59,109 nucleotides of DNA, from contig JAHBMJ010000032.1 in the NCBI GenBank assembly GCA_018398765.1, positions 1 through 59,109 on the forward strand, written 5' to 3'. The notes below the pieces were generated by a model. That model was not told the origin of the DNA. It ran no database searches and was given only the letters and a program-made list of their open reading frames with translations. Numbering within the stretch: position 1 is the first letter of the stretch; each line of letters starts with the position of its first letter. The stretch comes from Chromera velia (Eukaryota). This document shows, one piece after another, positions 9,045 through 25,728 of the stretch. Position numbers and translations under genes: made by a program.

Positions 9045-10473
9045 ATGAAGTTCGCCTTCATTCTCTTTGCCGTCTTTTTCTGCCTGAGCACCGCGTTTGA
9101 ATGCGGTAACTATTCCAATTGTGACGAGTGCGTGAAGTACGCCGGATGCCAGTGGGCCCCCCGTGTGGGACGTTGCATGAAGTCTGACGACGCTGCCTCT
9201 GCTGGACACCCCATCGTTACGGGTCTTTCCTGCGAATGCCGTGAGTTTTTTTCTAGCTTCTTTTTGCTTCTCATCCTGATCACCGCTTTCGCTCTCTGAT
9301 AGCTCGTGTGCTGCGATTCACGTCATCTGCTGAGAGTACTTATCGCCGTTTTTGATGCTGGAAGGCAGAATTGCCTTGGGGATCAGTGGTGCACTGTTCT
9401 GTTCGGAGTCCATCAGATTCCCCGTGTCCGTCTCCTCTCCTTCCAGCAAGTGTTCGCGTGCGGGCGTCGTTGACTTCCTCTCGTGGCCCAAGTTCGCATT
9501 ACGCTTGCATTCCTGTGACCTGAGAGGAAATGCAGACACTGACAAATGCCTCCTCCTGCGCACATACTTACACACACACGAACACACACATTGACTGCAG
9601 TCGGCATCTCGTCTTGCGAGGACTGTGCCAAGAAGGCGGCCTACTGCGCGTGGTGCCAGAAGAGCGACGGCTGGTACACGAGGAACATGTGCGTGTCCAA
9701 CAAGTCCGAGAACGAGGAGAGGTGCGACGTTGCTTACGCCTCCATGGCAATGGACTGCCCCAAGAAGAAGGTACGCGGATGGATCTACTGGTCCACTCAT
9801 CTGCTTTAGTGAACTCACGAAGGCATCCATACAAGATGCAGAAAGCAATCAATGTTTTCACACAACCCTGTTCCCGTCACAGGGCCCCCTTCCTTCCTTG
9901 ATTTGCTTTCGATGGCTTGGTGGTCTTCTCGCGTGTCTTGCCGATTGTGACTTTTAGTTATCGCAATCCCATTTTGTCCGTACTCTCGTATCTCCTTGTA
10001 CCCCCGCAAGGCACTTTTTTTCCCGGTAATTTGTTGTGCTTCTTGCATCCGTTCTCCTTCCCCGAGGCACTCTGTGATGATGCACATCCGAGAGGCTCCT
10101 TCTGAATGAAGCATGTGAACAACAGCACCCTTTCCTGTGCTCTCTCAGCTGCTGGCCTGTGTGCGTGTGCGTCGAACAGCCCCTGTCTTCTCTCGGCATC
10201 TCACTCTCTCCTTCCTTCCGTATGCATGTCCCTCTCTTCTGTCTTCTGGTATCTTCGATCTTTCCTAACATTTGCATTCCCGTTCATCAAGTTTGGCAGT
10301 TTGGTTCCCGGCCTTTCACAAATCGATGCACAGAAGCAAATTAAGGACCTAAGAGAGCCTGCGTGCTGCCTTTACAGTCACTCGTTTTCCTGCATGCCCC
10401 TTTGTTGTTTGCCCTCCTGTCTACCTGCTTGCAGGTGTTCCTCGGGAAGAAGGACGAGAGGGTGTTTGCTTAA
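9045..10473 (+). CDS. Small secreted Cys-rich protein with two PSI/plexin-like repeats (exons 9045-9240, 9601-9770, 10435-10473; ~134 aa)
   Basis: Signal peptide MKFAFILFAVFFCLSTA; repeats C..YSNCDECV....CQW and SSCEDCA....CAWC; GT-AG introns with consistent phases. Confidence 0.75.
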
Positions 10474-10954
10474 GGCAGCCGGCCGGCCTCCTTTCCCCTA
10501 CCTGGGTTCGAAGCAGGAAAGCGTCCAATAAGTCAATGCGCAGTGCTTAAGACCCCCTTTTCTGTGCACTTTCCTGACCACATGTCTAGCTTATGAGCCT
10601 TTCTGAAAGTGAACTTCATGTGGACTTGAGTTAGTCTCTGACTTGAGGTCCTGCTTTGTGCGCACACGTGTGCCGTTGGCCGAATTCGCATTCGATGCCT
10701 TGGAGTCTGAAGAGAAGGAAAGGAGTGGTTTTTTTTTAGCAAATTGATTTAATGAATCTCGTGTTCGTCCGTTCAGCTTGATTGGATTGCCCCCCTTCTG
10801 CACTGCACAGAGAGAGCCTTGATAGATGCGGTGTCGTTTCTCCCTGCCGGCATGCATTCGTGCACGCATGCGTGTCTTTGTTGTTTCAAGAGTGGCCGGA
10901 GGTTGTTCTTTGCGCCTCCCCTTCACACTTTGGCGGCTGTGGGAGGAAGGGAAA

Positions 10955-10981
10955 GAGAGAGTGAGAGGGAGAGAGAGAGAG

Positions 10982-11018
<37 letters not shown>
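10955..11018. repeat. (GA)n microsatellite
   Basis: Direct reading. Confidence 0.9.
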
Positions 11019-11021
<3 letters not shown>

Positions 11022-11606
11022 TACAAGACACAGACAAACAAACCGAGATAGCAGGAACTTGAAAGACTTAGGGTGATCAACTTGTTGGGCGAGAAACGGA
11101 AAGTTCCGTTCACCTTGCCCCTATACAATGAAGGGACAAAGCTGACCGAATGGAAAGCCGTTTTGTTGTAGCACGGCAAGGAAGAGTCTTGACGACCTGA
11201 GTATACGTCTCGGGAAATGTACCGGAAATGTACCGTACCAGAACAGCGTGGTCTTAGCAATGAGCGAAGAGATACATGTGGAGAATATTGTGAACAGGAA
11301 GCCTGAAAAAAATGGAAACATCGGGCGAAAAATTTGGAGGAGAGCCCTCACTGACAGCCTCAGTGACAGGTGACCGGAACTAGCTAGGACCGGTCCGACC
11401 GGAAAGGGGACTGGGAGACGGTTCATAACTAGAACTTCACTGTTACTTCATTCTAGAACTAGGTCTAGAAGTATGCGTAAAACCCTCGATAAAATAATTT
11501 TACTAGTCATTTCACTGAACGTGACTGAAGTACTACAATTCTTTTAAGTTTTAATTAATTTCAATACATTTAATTCTTATAGTACCTATACAGATGTTAT
11601 CAACTA

Positions 11607-12178
11607 CCGTGCAAAGACCTAGGAATTTAGACAGGAATTTAGAGGAATTTAGCTAGGAATCTAAGGAAATTTAGACCTCTAAATTCCTAAACTTTGGAAG
11701 TCAATTTCTCGTGTTCTAACTCATCATACTTCACAAGAAATTGACCTCTAAAAATTGTTAAATTCCTCTAAATTCCTGTCTTTAAATTCTTTTAGATTCC
11801 TATCTAAATTCCTCTAAATCCCTGTCTAAATTCTTCTAAACCCACCTGAAAGCGGCAAGCGCGTGCATTTGGGAGACCAGAGGAGTGTAGGGGGAGAGCT
11901 AGGAGGAAGGAGGAGTAGCCAGTGCGCTGCATGGTCATGACTGAGGGATAGGAAGTACTTAGCAAATGCTGAAGAAGGCATTCGGATGGAGGAGCGTCAA
12001 GTACGAGGTCGCATGAGAGAGAAAGCTAGCAGCGAGAGCAGTAACCATGACAGAAGGAAGAGATGAAAGACGTATAGGCCAAACACTAGGAACAAACTTT
12101 AAGTTAATGCCCCCCTCTAAATTCCTGTTTAAATTCCTCTAAATTCGATCCTGTCTAAATTCCTAGGTCTTTGTAGGG
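11607..12178. mobile_element. Non-autonomous TIR element family A (MITE-like), copy 1
   Basis: TIR CCGTGCAAAGACCTAGGAATTTAGACAGGA / TCCTGTCTAAATTCCTAGGTCTTTGTAGGG, subterminal GAATTTAG repeats, flanked by TA on both sides. Paralogue at 56450-57101. Confidence 0.85.
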
Positions 12179-12188
12179 TATATAGCTT

Positions 12189-13063
12189 CCCTGCAAAAAT
12201 CAGTAAATTCATGAATGAATTTAAGTGAACTTAGATGAATTTAAGTGAATTCAAGCAGTTAATTTAAGTGAATTTACGTGAATTTAAATGAATTTGCAAA
12301 TGAATTTTGATAAAATTAGGGCCTCCTAATTCACTTATAAATTCACTTAAATTCACGTCTTAAATTCATTTAAATTAATGTAAATTCACTTAAATTCACT
12401 GAAGAGACGAAAAACGTATACGCCAGACGCTAGGAACAAACTTTAAGTCAATGCCCCATCTAAATTGATAGAAAACCTAGACAACTATATAGTAAGCACA
12501 ACTGTTGCTAGACTGAAAAGCACTCGGCAACCAAGCTTATAAGATTGAGTTTTTATCTATTGTGTTTGGTAACCAATCTACCAGAGCCTAACAGGCCGGA
12601 AACCAGCGTGGAAGATTTTCCTATACGTACGAAGATAGAGATTCTGTCTATGTACATCAATCACAACACTTCCCGGGCCCAACAACGTTGCACAACACAT
12701 ACTTTACAATACGACTCTTATATGAGCATGTGCAATTCACTGGCATGCATGCATGTATCGATTCTTTACTGACTCGCCGCACTGGCTCGAAATGTGCGCG
12801 CGATCGCATGAAGATACGGGAAAGTCAGTTAAACTCATTCACCCCTAATGCGCAATACGAGCATTCACATCAATCTCGGTCCTGACAATCAATTTTTATC
12901 AAGTTCTATGCACACAGCATCACTTCAGCCATACATTCACTTGCTGTCTGGAAGTTAAAACCGTAGTGCACCGTTTCTTCCTTCACCGATCCTGTCATTT
13001 AATCATAAGTCATCATCATAAATTTATTTAAATTCATTGATGAATTTAATGTTTTTTGCAGGG
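12189..13063. mobile_element. Non-autonomous TIR element family B (MITE-like)
   Basis: CCCTGCAAAAA...TTTTTGCAGGG termini, subterminal GAATTT/AAATTCA repeats, flanked by TT on both sides. Confidence 0.8.
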
Positions 13064-14668
13064 TTATTAATAAGTGATAAGTGAATCTTAAAGTGATAAC
13101 CCGCCGGCCTATAAAAGTATACTCATTATAGCTGCATAACTGTTTGCAAAGGACTAGACTAACCTATGAACGAATTAAAAAGAACTTAGAGTACGAATTT
13201 GAAGGAAAATCTCAAGTTATAAGCCATCATGGGTCGACTTTCCTTCTATAAAAAAAAAACAAACTTAAAAAAATTAATAAAGTATAAATAAAAAATTAGA
13301 AAAATCATGTACATATGTGAAGCTAGATCTGTATAAAGAAAGTTAAATGCACAATTGAAAAAGAATTTAAAAATCGAGTACGAAATCGTAGTATCATACA
13401 CATGTAAAAAAAGGATTGAATATGAAAATTTTATAATCAAAGTATTTTTTCTCTTTTTGTGTTTTAGGCCTAAGTTTTTTGTGAAGTTGTGAACCATGAT
13501 GAGGTATAGGACTTGATTTTAATGCTTAAGTTTCACTAGCTTAAGGGGGTTTGACTTAGGCGTGCTGGCAAGAGAAAGCATGCTGTTGCAATCACGAATG
13601 ATCGATCGAAGAAAAGCCTCCTTGGCCACCCTCTAAGAGGAGGACTCGAACTCGGAACCGGCGGCCTCGTGGGCTCTCCTCTGCCCCCTGCATCTCCTTC
13701 TCACTGGCCCGGAAGAGCTAAAACTTCCTACCGTAGTAGGATATACTGCCGCGTACTGCTCATATTGCTCCCTCTCGAAGCGTCTTTTTTGGACGTTCTG
13801 CTGTTGCAAGGACGTTGAAGTCTCCGTCGGCTTCTGTCCTTCGTCTCCTCCCTAAAGCATCCTGAAGCTCTTCAAACATCCAAATCTTCCCTCCAGTCTC
13901 CACAAGCCCCACCGCTTCCAATGAGAACCAAATGGACCTTGCCACTAGGTCCAACTCATCCACAAGAAAAATCACTGGCTCTGCGGCCTCTTCGCTTGCC
14001 TGCAATTGACTGAATTTCACAATGCACTGTCAAAGGATCATCCAGTCTTTCAGGTACGCATACGTCAATGACCTACGTAGCAAATTGCAAAGACTCTCTA
14101 AAATTGCCTAGAGGTCTGTAATTATCCCGTGCATCAGCCTTGAGCCAATGACGGCCATGTGAAAGGTTGGGTCTCCTCCGATGTGCTCGCGAATCAGACC
14201 ACTGACCCGCTCGTACAGCTCCAGGTCATCTTCTTTGAACTCCTTCAACATGTTGATAGCTTGCATGGACTTTCTCTGCACTTCACAGCATCTTTGTGTA
14301 CAGCAAGAGAGCCAATTTGACAGACAGACAGACAGACAGACAGACAGGTAGACAGATAGATAGACCGATAAACAAAGAGTCACACAAACCAAAACACAAA
14401 CAAAGGGACACACAGACACACTCTATATTTCTTCTTCTCTCTCCTTTTCTTCATGAATACAACAGACAAAGAGAAAGAAAGAACAAAGAAAAAAGATAGA
14501 CTATATCGTCTTTTCTTTACTTTACTTTTTCACTTCCTTACTTTCGGACAGACAGACAGAGAAATAGAAACACAGGCAGACTATATGTTTCTTCTTTTTC
14601 TCTTTACTTTTCTCCATGAACACAACAGACAAAAAGAAAGAAAACAAGAAAAAAAGAAAGAAAGACAA

Positions 14669-14701
<33 letters not shown>

Positions 14702-15333
14702 GAATAGATTGAAAGCAGAGAAAAGGGGACGCAAGCTGGCTGACCGGTCTCTCAGGAGGGTCATCGCCACCTCTGTCTGACCTCGAGGAGCCAGCAGTGC
14801 CTGCAGTAGTTGGACCGCTGACACTACTCCTTCTCGATTCGGAAGTGTCCTTTGTGGATGTTTGGCTACTGCCAGTGGTCCCCGAAGTCTTCTTCGACTT
14901 TTGTTCTTTGTCTCTTTCCAAAAGCTCTCTAAACATTTCTTCAAACATTCCAGTCTTTCCCCCTGTCTCTACAAGTCCGACAGCTTCCAGCAAAAACCAA
15001 AGTGAGCGTGCGACCAAGTCCCACTCATCCTGAGGCAGAATCATGGGCTCCGTCGCCTCTTCGTATGCCTGTAATTAATAAACTTTTATAACTCATTATC
15101 AAAGAACCAGCAGTCTTTTAACATGAAAGCAGGTCCTCTCTGAAAGACAGAAACGATAACTCAAGCAGCCTACACGCTTTCTCTGCAGCCCTTCAAAGTC
15201 TGACCCTGACCTTTGCTTAGACGAGAGCCATTCTTGAATAAGTTTTTTCCCGTGATAAATATGGCTACAAACAAAGATGCATGGAAGCTCCAAAGAATCA
15301 TAGAGAGAGAGAGAGAGATCTCACACATTATGA

Positions 15334-15371
<38 letters not shown>

Positions 15372-17205
15372 GCTATTATTAATAAGGACAACGAACAGCC
15401 ACACGGACGTACCTTCACACCGACTTCTGCCATCGACAAGAGGACCTCGTCACTACAATCAAAGAGAAGGGTCGGGGTCAGAGTGAGACAAGGAGACTAT
15501 GTATGTTTTTCTTTCATTTTGTCTTTGCATGCATTAACGCGTTGACTTGGAATCATCGTCATCACCACAGACCACTACCCTCCTCCTGCATGTGCTGCTT
15601 TCTCTTCAATCACCAGGATAACAATCTGAGTAAGAGCGGCGGCAGTGACAACTCCTTCGAACTTCTCGTTGTATATCAGGTTCTACAAGACATGAAGGAC
15701 CTCATTCTTCTCGGGTTCAAGGGGCACGCAGCCGGCTTTCTTATAGGAGAGGATCTGCCTATCCATCCTGTTGGAAACATCGATACTAGCTCGTCGTCTT
15801 TGCATCTCTCAAGGGCCGTTCTCTGTCCTCTTCCACTTCCCTTTCTTGCCCTGCACGGACCACGAACCAGGACACAAAAACTCTGACCGGTGGAAAAGAA
15901 AAACGACAAGAACTCAACGATGACTGAGCTAGTGGCTGAGCCTCCAACTTACACGGGAGACCAGAGCGACAAAACGAAAAAATTTCAAAAAAAACATCGG
16001 AGACAGACTATCTGTTTCTTCTTCTTCTCCCTCCTTTTCTAGACAGACAGACAGACAGACAGATAGACAGATAGACAGACGGACAGACAGACAGACAGAC
16101 GGACAGACAGATAGACAGACAGACAAACAGGCCAGAGCAGGTCGATCAAGGGCTAAGCGCCCATTCTGCTCCCTTTTTGAGTTGGACAGACATACAAAAA
16201 GGGGGACGATCGGAGGAGCAAGCTCTCCTGACTGATGGATTTGTGTGCTCATACAATGAGAGAAAAGGAGAACTTAAAAAAAAAAAATTTCAAGGCCCTG
16301 CCCGACTTCTCATACTCTGAGACATACACAGAGGGCTGCATACATGCAGAAAAGAGGAAAACCCTCTCTTTCTCTCTCTCTTTCTCCTTCCCCCCCCCCC
16401 TGATTTTGACAAGCAAAGTTCATTGAACAGCCATACGGACGTACCTTCACATCGCGTTCTTCCGTTGGCAAGGGGACCTTGTCACTGCAACCAAAGAGAA
16501 GGGTCGGGGTCAGAGTGAGACAAGGAAACTTTGGAACCAGAAGAGACAAGCTCAGACTAAAAGACGTAGACACTGAAACCGAGTCCGCACCACCGATTGC
16601 TTGGAGGGTCACAAACTTACAAACGTTGTGCGCTCGCAAAGTTTGAACGACTGCGACCCAAGTGCCGATCCACCAACCTAGAGGGCCGCGGCTATGAGAA
16701 GGGAACCTTCACGAGGGCATAACAGCCGACAGACTCAAGACGGTTCTGCTTTCTCAAACCCAGGCACAGAATTGCTTTTGCTTGACGCGTCGACACATAA
16801 GTACCCAAACAAGTCTTGTCGTATTGCATGCACTTGTTGCATATACAACAGACCCTGTCCGAATGCATATACGCACGCGCTCTGGAAAACTGCTGAAAAA
16901 GAGCTTACTAACTCGTAATCAACCCAGTTTGCGTTCAAGACCCTTACGGCTGCTCATGTAACGGAAGATCTGATTCGAGAGGCGTTGCTTGCAAAGGTCT
17001 TGACCAAGTCAGCCTTGCACCAACACAAGTGCTCTCTGAAAGCAGAAAGAAAACAAAACTGCATCGGTCTACGCCCTTTTTGTCTTGCAGTCCTCCAAAC
17101 TCTGACCCTGACCTCTTCATTTCATGTAGACGTTAACTTTTGTTGCCGGCATGTCTTTTTTAGAAGAAACTGCAAACGAAAACGCATATCGAATCGGATG
17201 GGCTT

Positions 17206-17295
17206 CAAAGAAGCATAGAGACAAAAGCAGACCCAAAGAAGCATAGAGACAAAAGCAGCCCCAAAGAAGTATAGAGACAAGAGCAGACGCAAAGC
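17206..17295. repeat. 28-bp minisatellite x3
   Basis: CAAAGAAGCATAGAGACAAAAGCAGACC repeated three times with variants. Confidence 0.85.
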
Positions 17296-18873
17296 CTTGG
17301 GATGGAGGGACAAGGTCGATCGAGATGGGATAGAAGAAGAGACCCGACAGACAGTCAGCTTGGTAAGATTAGGTGTATGGAGGGGCAGGCTTGCAGCGTA
17401 TGCGTACGCATGCAAAGAAAGAATTACCGTTGCGAGGACAAGCGAGCTGCGAACAAAGTGTACGAAGAAATGCATAAACGAAGGCAGCTCACAGACTGAC
17501 ACATGATTTGAGTGCGCCCTTGCTTAAGCACCGCATCGTACTCGACTTTCCCATCTGCTCCCATCTGAAGGGTGACAGTTCTGCTAGCACCCTACCAGCA
17601 AGACGAGGAAGCGTGAGAGGAAGGGAATGATTGCAGTCTGATCTCCTTGCGGGCCTTCAAGTTCCTCTCAGCAATCATCAGGTCTTCAGCCAATGCAGAG
17701 AACCTAAAAATAAAGAAGGTACACACAGAGGGAGATGGACTACGAAGATGAACATGGAAGCCCTCTCACACTGGCAGTTTCCTTCTGAAGCCCTCGTCTT
17801 TGCACGGTCCCTAAACCTGACGTTGCCATAACCTCATGAAAGTTGCACAAAAAAGGAAGAGGCAAAGCAAGACAAACTTCATGTCGCCTCGCGTTTCCTT
17901 GTCTTCTTTCCAGAAGGGACCAAAAGGAAGAGAACAAAATGAATTTCAAAAAAGTGGCTTCAATAGGCGATCTTTGTCTCTCGATCGGTGTGGAAAAGGA
18001 GGAAAGAAATTCGGGGCGGTGCAAAGGGAATGGAAAGGCAGACGGTAAGCTCCACTAGTGAAGGGTTCATCTCCCTAACTTCCAAATCGATCTTGAGATA
18101 GTCAGAGAGCATTTTGGCGTTCGTTTCCCTCAAAGACGTGAAGCTTTCTTCTGTGGGAAGCAGGACAAAAAGGAGAACAAACAGTGGACCACTCAGTCAA
18201 ATCAAAACCACTTAAGACTGAACAAATCATTCCAACCCACCTGCTTACACCCCTCAGACGACCCACGTACATACGTACATACATGTACAATGAATGTCAT
18301 ACCCACAGACCTTGGCAGCCCATTACCGAAGGAGATGAGGTCGGCCTGGGCCCCTTTTTGTTTGACCTTCTCTCTCTCCTTCTGCACGACGGTGGCGAGC
18401 GACCCGAGGCTACATTCATTCATTGCCACGTTCAGTCAGTGCAACAGTGAATCTAGCAGTGAATGCATAATTGAACGCATGAAAAAAGAGATCTGTATGT
18501 ATCAAACTTGAAAAAGAGCCTCATGTATCTATCGATCTGCGGTTTCTCTCTCAAGAATCCAGAAAAGCCCAGAAAGAAAACCCTATGGGTGGTGGAGCAT
18601 CCCCTTTGATTCGAGCGCTCGTTTCATTGTTCTTCTGTTGCTTGCACGGGCATGCACCACCAAAAGCCAACGGATCATCCACAAACACACCTAGTACACC
18701 CACCCAAACCCAGACACTCTCACAAAGATAGAAGAGAAGGATTCAGACAGAGAGCAAACTTGGGCAGCGCTTCAAGAGGCGGACAGGTGCCGGAAGGAAG
18801 ACCCTTGCAAATTACGTAGGGAGGATCCCGCAGGATTAACCCCCCGCCATATACATATATAAACATAGACATG

Positions 18874-18874
<1 letters not shown>

Positions 18875-18949
<75 letters not shown>

Positions 18950-19070
18950 TACACACACACACATACACACACACACATACACACACCCACACATACACAC
19001 ATACATACACACATACACATACACATACATACATACACACATACACATACATACACACACACATATACAC
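18875..19070. repeat. (CA)n/(CATA)n microsatellite
   Basis: Direct reading. Confidence 0.9.
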
Positions 19071-21426
19071 ATGGAGAGGAAGGAGGATGAGCAGAAACAG
19101 GAGAGAAAAGAAAGTAAGGACGTGCAGACTGCATGGCAGTCGCTCACTAACGTACAAATTATTGAAGAGACTCTTGAAAAAAACAACTCCGAAGCATCGG
19201 AGCATCGCTGCTCCTCGCTTGCATAAGTAATACGCATACACAGAGAGATCTGCACAGACACAACATCAGTGCATGTTCACAGAAACGTCGCAAAAGAAGT
19301 TTAAAGAGATATCTGGAGAAGCGAAGTGGGCGCACATGATAAAAACCTAGATATACAGAGAGACAGACAGAGTTCGACAGGCAGGACGGCAAATATATGG
19401 GGAGGGGGAGGTTGGACAAAGAAAGACACCAGGCTGGCAAAAAGTGGATGGGAAAGGAGAGATGGCCGTATCGATCGAGTGAGCAAGACAGACAAAGACA
19501 GAGAAAGTCTGTCTGTCTGGTCAACACTGAATGTACAAACTGTTTTCAGGCCGACCGACAGACTGGCTGTCTGACCATGCAGAGTGGCACCGGGTTGACG
19601 ACTCTCTATTTGCCCTCATCCACGGGGACGTCAACAGTTCGGGTACTGACGATACTCGGTTGTCCCTGCAAAGAAGGAAGGAGGGAAGGGGGGGTGAAGT
19701 TGTGCATATGTGGTACTTCGGGTCAGTTTGAATTTGTTTTCCTTTAGTTACGAGAATTTTAGTCAGAAATTGCATGTGCATTATTGAAGACGTACACCTA
19801 TCGTTGAAAAGAAAGGAAAGAGGGGAGAGTCATTCCAAGGAAAATGATGATACACAGACATGCTGCATGCTCGAGACAGTGACGTACGTCCTGCGCTTCG
19901 AACACATTGGACTTTTTGGGGTCCTTCGTCTTTGGGCAGATTCTCTTTTGGGAGACGATCAGGCAGGCCTGAACATGTCGTATCAATTAAATATCTGGAA
20001 ACAACAAGAGGGGGAGAGGGGGCAGAGGCAGGAGAGACAAGTGCTTTTTTTTGTGGGGGAGTAGAAAAACTTAGAAGATAAAAAAATTTAGAAGGAAAGA
20101 TAAAACACAGCAAAGGTGGTAAGTAGTATTGCTGACAGATGTAAAAATGGAAGTATTCAGATGTAAAAAGAGACGTGCTTATCTGACAGTGTAATCTTCG
20201 ATTCCATCCGTCTCATCTGTTGTTCTTCCATATTGTTTTTTCTAGTGTTTTTTTCATTCGAACATCACGGACCTGTCTTTATCACTCCAACTAATCGAAC
20301 TCTCCGCTTCTGTATCTGCCTCAGATTTGTGCTTTTACGGAGGCAGATCGATCTTTTCTCTCAAGAAGCGTAGATAGGCGTGCCCTGATTTTACTTCGTC
20401 TCTCTCTTTATACCTTGCGGAGAAGCTGTCTCTCTCAATATTTCTATAGATACACACAAAAGTGCGTAGCCCCCCCGGAATCTCTGTTACAGTAATGATT
20501 TTGCGGACAGTCGAAGGAACACTCGTTTTCCTTACTTCATTTTGATCAGGGGGAGGGATGGAGAACTGAGCGTGTCTTTTCAACCAACACGGTTAACACA
20601 ATTCTTTTTCTCTTTTTCTGTGCAAAGCTTTTTGTTCTTTTTGCTGTTATCCTGGCAGCTTGGGGCATAAGCTTTCTCTAATTAGCTTGTCGTAATTCCT
20701 GTCCCATCCTGCCAGGAAGGTTACTATTACCTTCTGTATGGATTCGATTCTGATTGAAGCTTTTACAAAGAAGACACCTTTCTTGCGTATGTGGCTGGCA
20801 TTTTGGCTTCCCCATTGATGCAATGCCATGGTGTTGCATCAGAATTTTCTTTTAAAGGCCGTATCGATAAATTTCAGGCAATCCGGAGAGCCTGCTGGTG
20901 CGTTTAGAGTTATTTGCCTTCACCTTCAGGTTATTTGAGTCAAAAACCTTGTGTTAAGATTTCCAGCGGCTAATCGCTGCATCAAGTAAATTCAAGTAAT
21001 GACATTGTCAATTAAGTTGGTGCATGTTGGTGCGAAAACACTTTGTTTTTTTTTCTTCATTGAATACGTCTGACACTGTATCATGCTGCGATTCATGCAT
21101 GCGGCGTCGCGCAGCTGCATGTATATATACATGCAGTGCCGGCGCCTGTACACGTGCAGGTAGTATAGTGCCAGGTACGTGGCGCCGGGGCTGCGCGTGG
21201 CAGCTTGGGGCCTTGCATGCATGGGCGCGCGCCGCGCGACGGTCCATATAGCCGGCGCAGTCTCGAAAGTTTAGTGACTAATTAAAAGAGCGCGCGCACC
21301 ATCACATGCAGGTCAGGCTGTCTCCTAAGTCTTGTCGGATTATCTTTCCCTGCTTGTCCCGACCCATTGAGAAATCCTCCGCTTGCTTCCCAGACGACTT
21401 CACGTGGTAGAGGAGAGTGTGCATAG

Positions 21427-25728
<4,302 letters not shown>

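Larger units (their letters stand above)
13600..20829 (-). pseudogene. Unresolved multi-exon gene(s) or pseudogene of unknown product, with duplicated exons
   Basis: Several short AG...GT-bounded exons on the minus strand (~19888-19968, ~19576-19666, ~18311-18409, ~16445-16485, ~15411-15451). Paralogous segments DLVARSIWFSLEAVGLVETGGK (13760-14020) and DLVARSLWFLLEAVGLVETGGK (14604-15044). In-frame TAG near 15683. Confidence 0.4.

Noticed and set aside
11607..12178. Tc1/mariner (fixed TA TSD) classification of the MITE
   Set aside because: Related elements are flanked by TT and AT, so TA is not fixed.
18720..19261. CV/HT-repeat ORFs (also 33790-34312, 29165-30208, 10591-11076)
   Set aside because: Artefacts of CA/GT/GA microsatellites in introns.
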